DNA of 37,577 bases, from NCBI GenBank assembly GCA_001179505.1, contig CDMY01000642.1, positions 1-37,577 on the forward strand, read 5' to 3'. The translations under genes and the position numbers were made by a program. This DNA is from Vitrella brassicaformis CCMP3155 (lineage: Eukaryota > Protista > Chromerida). Below are positions 33,784 through 37,577 of this stretch, piece after piece (the stretch's first letter is position 1; every line of letters begins with the position of its first letter). The notes below the pieces were generated by a model that saw only the letters and a program-made list of their open reading frames with translations, had not been told where the DNA came from and searched no databases.

Positions 33784-34933
33784 ATGAACCGGAGAGCGGA
33801 CGGCAGGTCAGGTCGCACCACAGATCTAAATTGAGTCGATACGGAGATGATTGTCCGCCTGTGTCCTTGCTTGTATCGTAGGAACGAGGAGGAGAGGGAG
33901 GAAAGGGAGAGGGAGGAGAGCAACGACGGTCGGGGAGCGGCAATACTCGCCGGACTCCTTGGTGCAGGCGTGGCGCTTGCTACCGGCTATTGGCTCGCCA
34001 GCGGACGAGAAAGGACGGAAACCGCGCCAAGGGGTGGCATCAACCAGACGGTGAGCGCCAGATCTGGATTGTCCCTTCTCAGACTGTCTGATCTCCCTTC
34101 TTGCCTCCCTGTGACGTAGGTCGAAGCTCCATCACGTACGTCCGGAGGACACAGCCAGGTGAGGTCAACACGCCTTCTTGACCAGTAAGTGTCTGTTGTA
34201 CCATCTGCCGGCTTTGGTGACGAACCTGCCAGGTGGCACGACGGTCTGACACTCTCCGATGCGCGTTGGTCGTCGACGGAGCGAACGTGATCCACTGCCA
34301 CGAAGGTGCATCCCCGACTCGCTTCTCGTTTGAGGACTTCTTTCGCTACGGCAACGAGATAAAACAGGCTTTTGGGTCACGACTGGGCAAGGAGATCATC
34401 TTCCGGAGAGACCACTCGGTCTTCGTCACTACGACCCCGGCAGGGTGGAGAGAGCGCCGCGACGAGATGGGTGCACTGCACGAGAGTATCGAGCGCAGCG
34501 GTGTTTCTGTATTGGAGGTGGAGATGAGGCAGGGGCATGGCGGAAGGACTGTGCAGCAGGGCGCGGATGTGGCCATCGCGACGAAGCTAGTGGAGGCAGC
34601 TCGAGAGAGAGATGTCGATGCCGTGATTCTCTTCTCTGGAGACGGTGAGAGAACATTCTACGCCAGAGAATGTATATTTGGCTGTCTGCATTTGGACTCG
34701 GGTGCACTTCTCGCTTCGGGTCAGGTGACTTGGTTCACGCACTGTACTCCGTCCAACAGACGACGGACACGCGCATCTTCGTGTGCGGATTTCGCGGCAC
34801 AGTCAGGTGAGAACAAGGGGGGGTCACTGTGCACACACGACGTCTCTGTGTCTTGTATCTCTAAACTGGTAACTGCAGCAATGCACTGAGACGCGGGCCG
34901 ATCGACCTCTTGCACTTCATCGACGTTGAATAA
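33784..34933 (+). CDS. NYN-domain (LabA/DUF88, PIN-like) putative ribonuclease with an N-terminal transmembrane helix, ~6 exons
   Basis: The spliced product reads MNRRADGR|NEEE...GAAILAGLLGAGVALATGYWL...|LVVDGANV...QQGADVAIATKLV...DAVILFSGD|GDLVHAL...RIFVCGFRGTVS|NALRRGPIDLLHFIDVE*. The NYN acidic motifs DGxN, K/QGxDV and SGDGD are intact. Confidence 0.85.
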
Positions 34934-35679
34934 GTTGACGCCATGTGCTGACAGTCGACTACCGCATTGACGGCGACTGACGCCATGGCGACATCGCACT
35001 GTCATTTCACTACTGTCAATTGACTAGATCTCTGTGTCTTAGTTTGTAATACGTGCCGGTCGTTCCGTTGCTCTGTTGCACTTGCTGGTCACTGATTGCG
35101 CGCTGCGTTGTGGCAGCGGTAGATGATGGAAGGAGCACTTCGTGTTAGGCTGCCTGTGCGCTTTCCCCTCGTGCATGGCCCCTCGCAAAACTCCTGCCTG
35201 CGTGCTACTTTCTGATGTCTTTGTGGACTCTCTGTGTTGATGTTGATGTTACATGTGTGTCTGCGCTGTGTGTATCGTGTTCGAATGTGTGTGCCCATGC
35301 CAGACCACCGCGTGTGTGCCTGTTGGAGACGACTCTGTGTGTGTGTGTCGTTTGTCCTCCTGGGGTGAGTGGAGGAGTGCTGGGTCGGCCGCACGCGCTG
35401 TGTGCAGAGATGGACCCAAATCCCCACCCCTTTGATGGTGCAATCTCCGTGTGAACGTTTTTTGATGACATTCGACTGAGCAGCTGCCTGATGCACTTCA
35501 CATTGATCGCCCGATGGCCGAGAGTGGCGCATCAGCAAGCAGCCCAAGCAACGGTGTCAGTGCCCATTTATGGGTCTCACAAGACATCTGTATCTCTGTC
35601 CCTATGTCTGTCTTGTCTCGCATACAGTATGATGCACGCACAAATAGGCAGCAGCCAGAGAAATACAGACACAGGGGAG

Positions 35680-36058
35680 TGTCAGTGAGGCTTGGCGCCT
35701 CATGACGCCCCNNNNNNNNNNNNNNNNNNNNNNNNNNNNNNNNNNNNNNNNNNNNNNNNNNNNNNNNNNNNNNNNNNNNNNNNNNNNNNNNNNNNNNNNN
35801 NNNNNNNNNNNNNNNNNNNNNNNNNNNNNNNNNNNNNNNNNNNNNNNNNNNNNNNNNNNNNNNNNNNNNNNNNNNNNNNNNNNNNNNNNNNNNNNNNNNN
35901 NNNNNNNNNNNNNNNNNNNNNNNNNNNNNNNNNNNNNNNNNNNNNNNNNNNNNNNNNNNNNNNNNNNNNNNNNNNNNNNNNNNNNNNNNNNNNNNNNNNN
36001 NNNNNNNNNNNCTCATGACGCCCCGCTAGGCGTCATGAGGCGCCAAGCCTCACTGACA
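35680..36058. repeat. Perfect 30-bp inverted repeat (hairpin) spanning a gap
   Basis: tgtcagtgaggcttggcgcctcatgacgcc (35680-35709) versus ggcgtcatgaggcgccaagcctcactgaca (36029-36058). Confidence 0.9.
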
Positions 36059-36193
36059 GAAGCCACTGTGTGTATTTGGGCAGGCAGGTCACACACACAC
36101 ACAGACACTGCAAAGAACCCCACTCAGGCAGCTCCCTCCACCTGCTTTGCTTGCCTGTCAGCATCACGCCCGTCCTCCACCGGACTCGTGGGA

Positions 36194-37450
36194 TCAGCGC
36201 ACTGCTACCACTTGCTCGGGTGCATGTTGGTTCGGTTTGTGTTGAAGTGCAAGAGGTCGATCCCGTAGCACACCTGTCGTGGATTCGAACGGGTTGATTG
36301 CGCTCGCGTATGGAGTTATGGAGCCGAAAGTGCATGGACTGTGTGCACATTGAATCCGCTCTCGGTCCACCCGCAACCACGTGCAGTGCAGAAAAAGCAA
36401 CACCAAGACAAATCCGTAAGTCTGATGTGTGGCCATGAACCAACAGGGAGGCACCAACACTGCAAATGGCAAGGCTGCAAGCAGACCTGATCACAGCTCA
36501 ACAAATGGAGCGGCTGTAATATTGTATGGGGGCCGTACCCTCCCCCGCCCCCACTCCCCTGCTCCCCCGCTTCTCGACCCCCCTCCCCCATCTCTGTTTT
36601 AGTAGGGCATGCACCCTAGAACAGGGGAGGGGGAGGGGGGGAGGTGGCATGCAGCACACGGGGGAGGCCTCTCTGTTCCTGTAGAGGTCTTTCTCCAGCA
36701 GGGGAGCTTTGCATCAGCATTGGGGGAGCCCTCTGCGTCCTGGGGGGTCCCACTTTCAACAGGGGAGCCCTGCAGCACTCGGTGGAGGCCTCTCTGTTCC
36801 TGTAGAGGTCTTTCTCCAGCAGGGGAGCTTTGCATCAGCATCGGGGGAGCCCTCTCCGTCCTTGAGGGGTCCCACTTTCAACAGGGGAGCCCTGCAGCAC
36901 TCGGTGGAGGCCTCTCTGTTCCTGAGAGGTCTTTCCCCAGCAGGGGAGCTTTGCATCAGCATCGGCTCTCCGTCCTGGAGGGGTCCCACTTTCAACAGGG
37001 GAGCCCTGCAGCAGTAGCGTCTGCAGTCCACGTCACGAAGAAGGTGGCCTTGAGTGACTCGTCAGAGAATCGAGTCAATCGTGCCCAAGCAATCACCCTA
37101 CCTCCCCTCCCCTCTCGCTCATAGGCATCTGCCTTGGCATGATTGAGTCGGATGGGTTCCGAGTCACAGATGCCACGTAAGCATGAGAATAGGGGAGGGA
37201 GAAAAGGAGGCACGGCCGAACATCCACCCTTTTGTTGCGCTCTGTGCGTATGTATCGTCAGTGTATGGCGGTTCAGTCCATGGCGGCTCGTGTCACCTGC
37301 GGCACAGGCAAGTGCATTGGCTTTTGTGAAGCATAAGCAGCAGGTGATGGAGGTGACGGTGCTGCGGATGATAGACACGATTATGCGCATCATCGAGACG
37401 TTCCGGCCGGCTGCCTGCGACGCCACATCATCAGCTGCAGGTGTGCGAGG
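36194..37450 (-). CDS. Possible multi-exon gene of unknown function, probably extending past the window end
   Basis: Several short open segments are bounded by plausible splice sites, for example ...cctgcag|CTGATGATGTGG and ...cgacag|GTGTGCTAC. No recognisable motif, and the frame is not resolved. Confidence 0.25.
36663..37015. repeat. ~121-bp minisatellite, 3 copies (third shortened)
   Basis: The unit starting ggaggcctctctgttcctg begins at 36663, 36784 and 36906. Confidence 0.92.
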
Positions 37451-37577
37451 CCATTTCTTAGCACGATGTACACAGCACATACCAACCCCCTCAACCAGGT
37501 GCGGAGCCCACGGTTGGCCAGTGCATCCCACGGCACCGTCGACCAGTCTGTCTCTGCGCAGTCGACCAGAAGGTTAG

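Larger units (their letters stand above)
1716..36011. other. Nine 300-N assembly gaps (1716, 6930, 9337, 11348, 13298, 23146, 29909, 32658, 35712)
   Basis: Each gap is exactly 300 N. At least four have duplicated flanks (676, 47, 43 and 13 bp). Confidence 0.97.

Overview
This is an intron-rich, GC-rich eukaryotic scaffold with short GT-AG introns full of GT/CT microsatellites. The style recalls chromerid/alveolate genomes, but that is unverified. It has nine gaps of exactly 300 N, several with duplicated flanks. From left to right: (1) a spliced minus-strand gene (2476 to at least 6341, about 1000+ aa) with three perfect CCHC zinc knuckles and a large Cys-rich domain of uncertain family, possibly the N-terminal half of a Helitron-type replicase; (2) a 7.6-kb same-strand cluster of CRE-clade non-LTR retrotransposon fragments, whose ORF appears to start with a RING finger and carries in-frame VNTRs; (3) a GT90 (CAP10-like) glycosyltransferase and a convergent GH47 alpha-1,2-mannosidase; (4) a repeat mosaic at 20.4-27.7 kb with 400-bp direct repeats, hairpin+CTAG Helitron-like ends and a degenerate 126-bp array; (5) a membrane-anchored SAM methyltransferase head-to-head with a DHU1-like WD40 gene; (6) a membrane-anchored NYN-domain nuclease, a perfect 30-bp hairpin and a 121-bp minisatellite. 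A ~135-bp AT-rich inverted repeat pair (2036-2173 / 20957-21095) brackets the first 19 kb. Family assignments come from motif recognition by eye. No searches were run.
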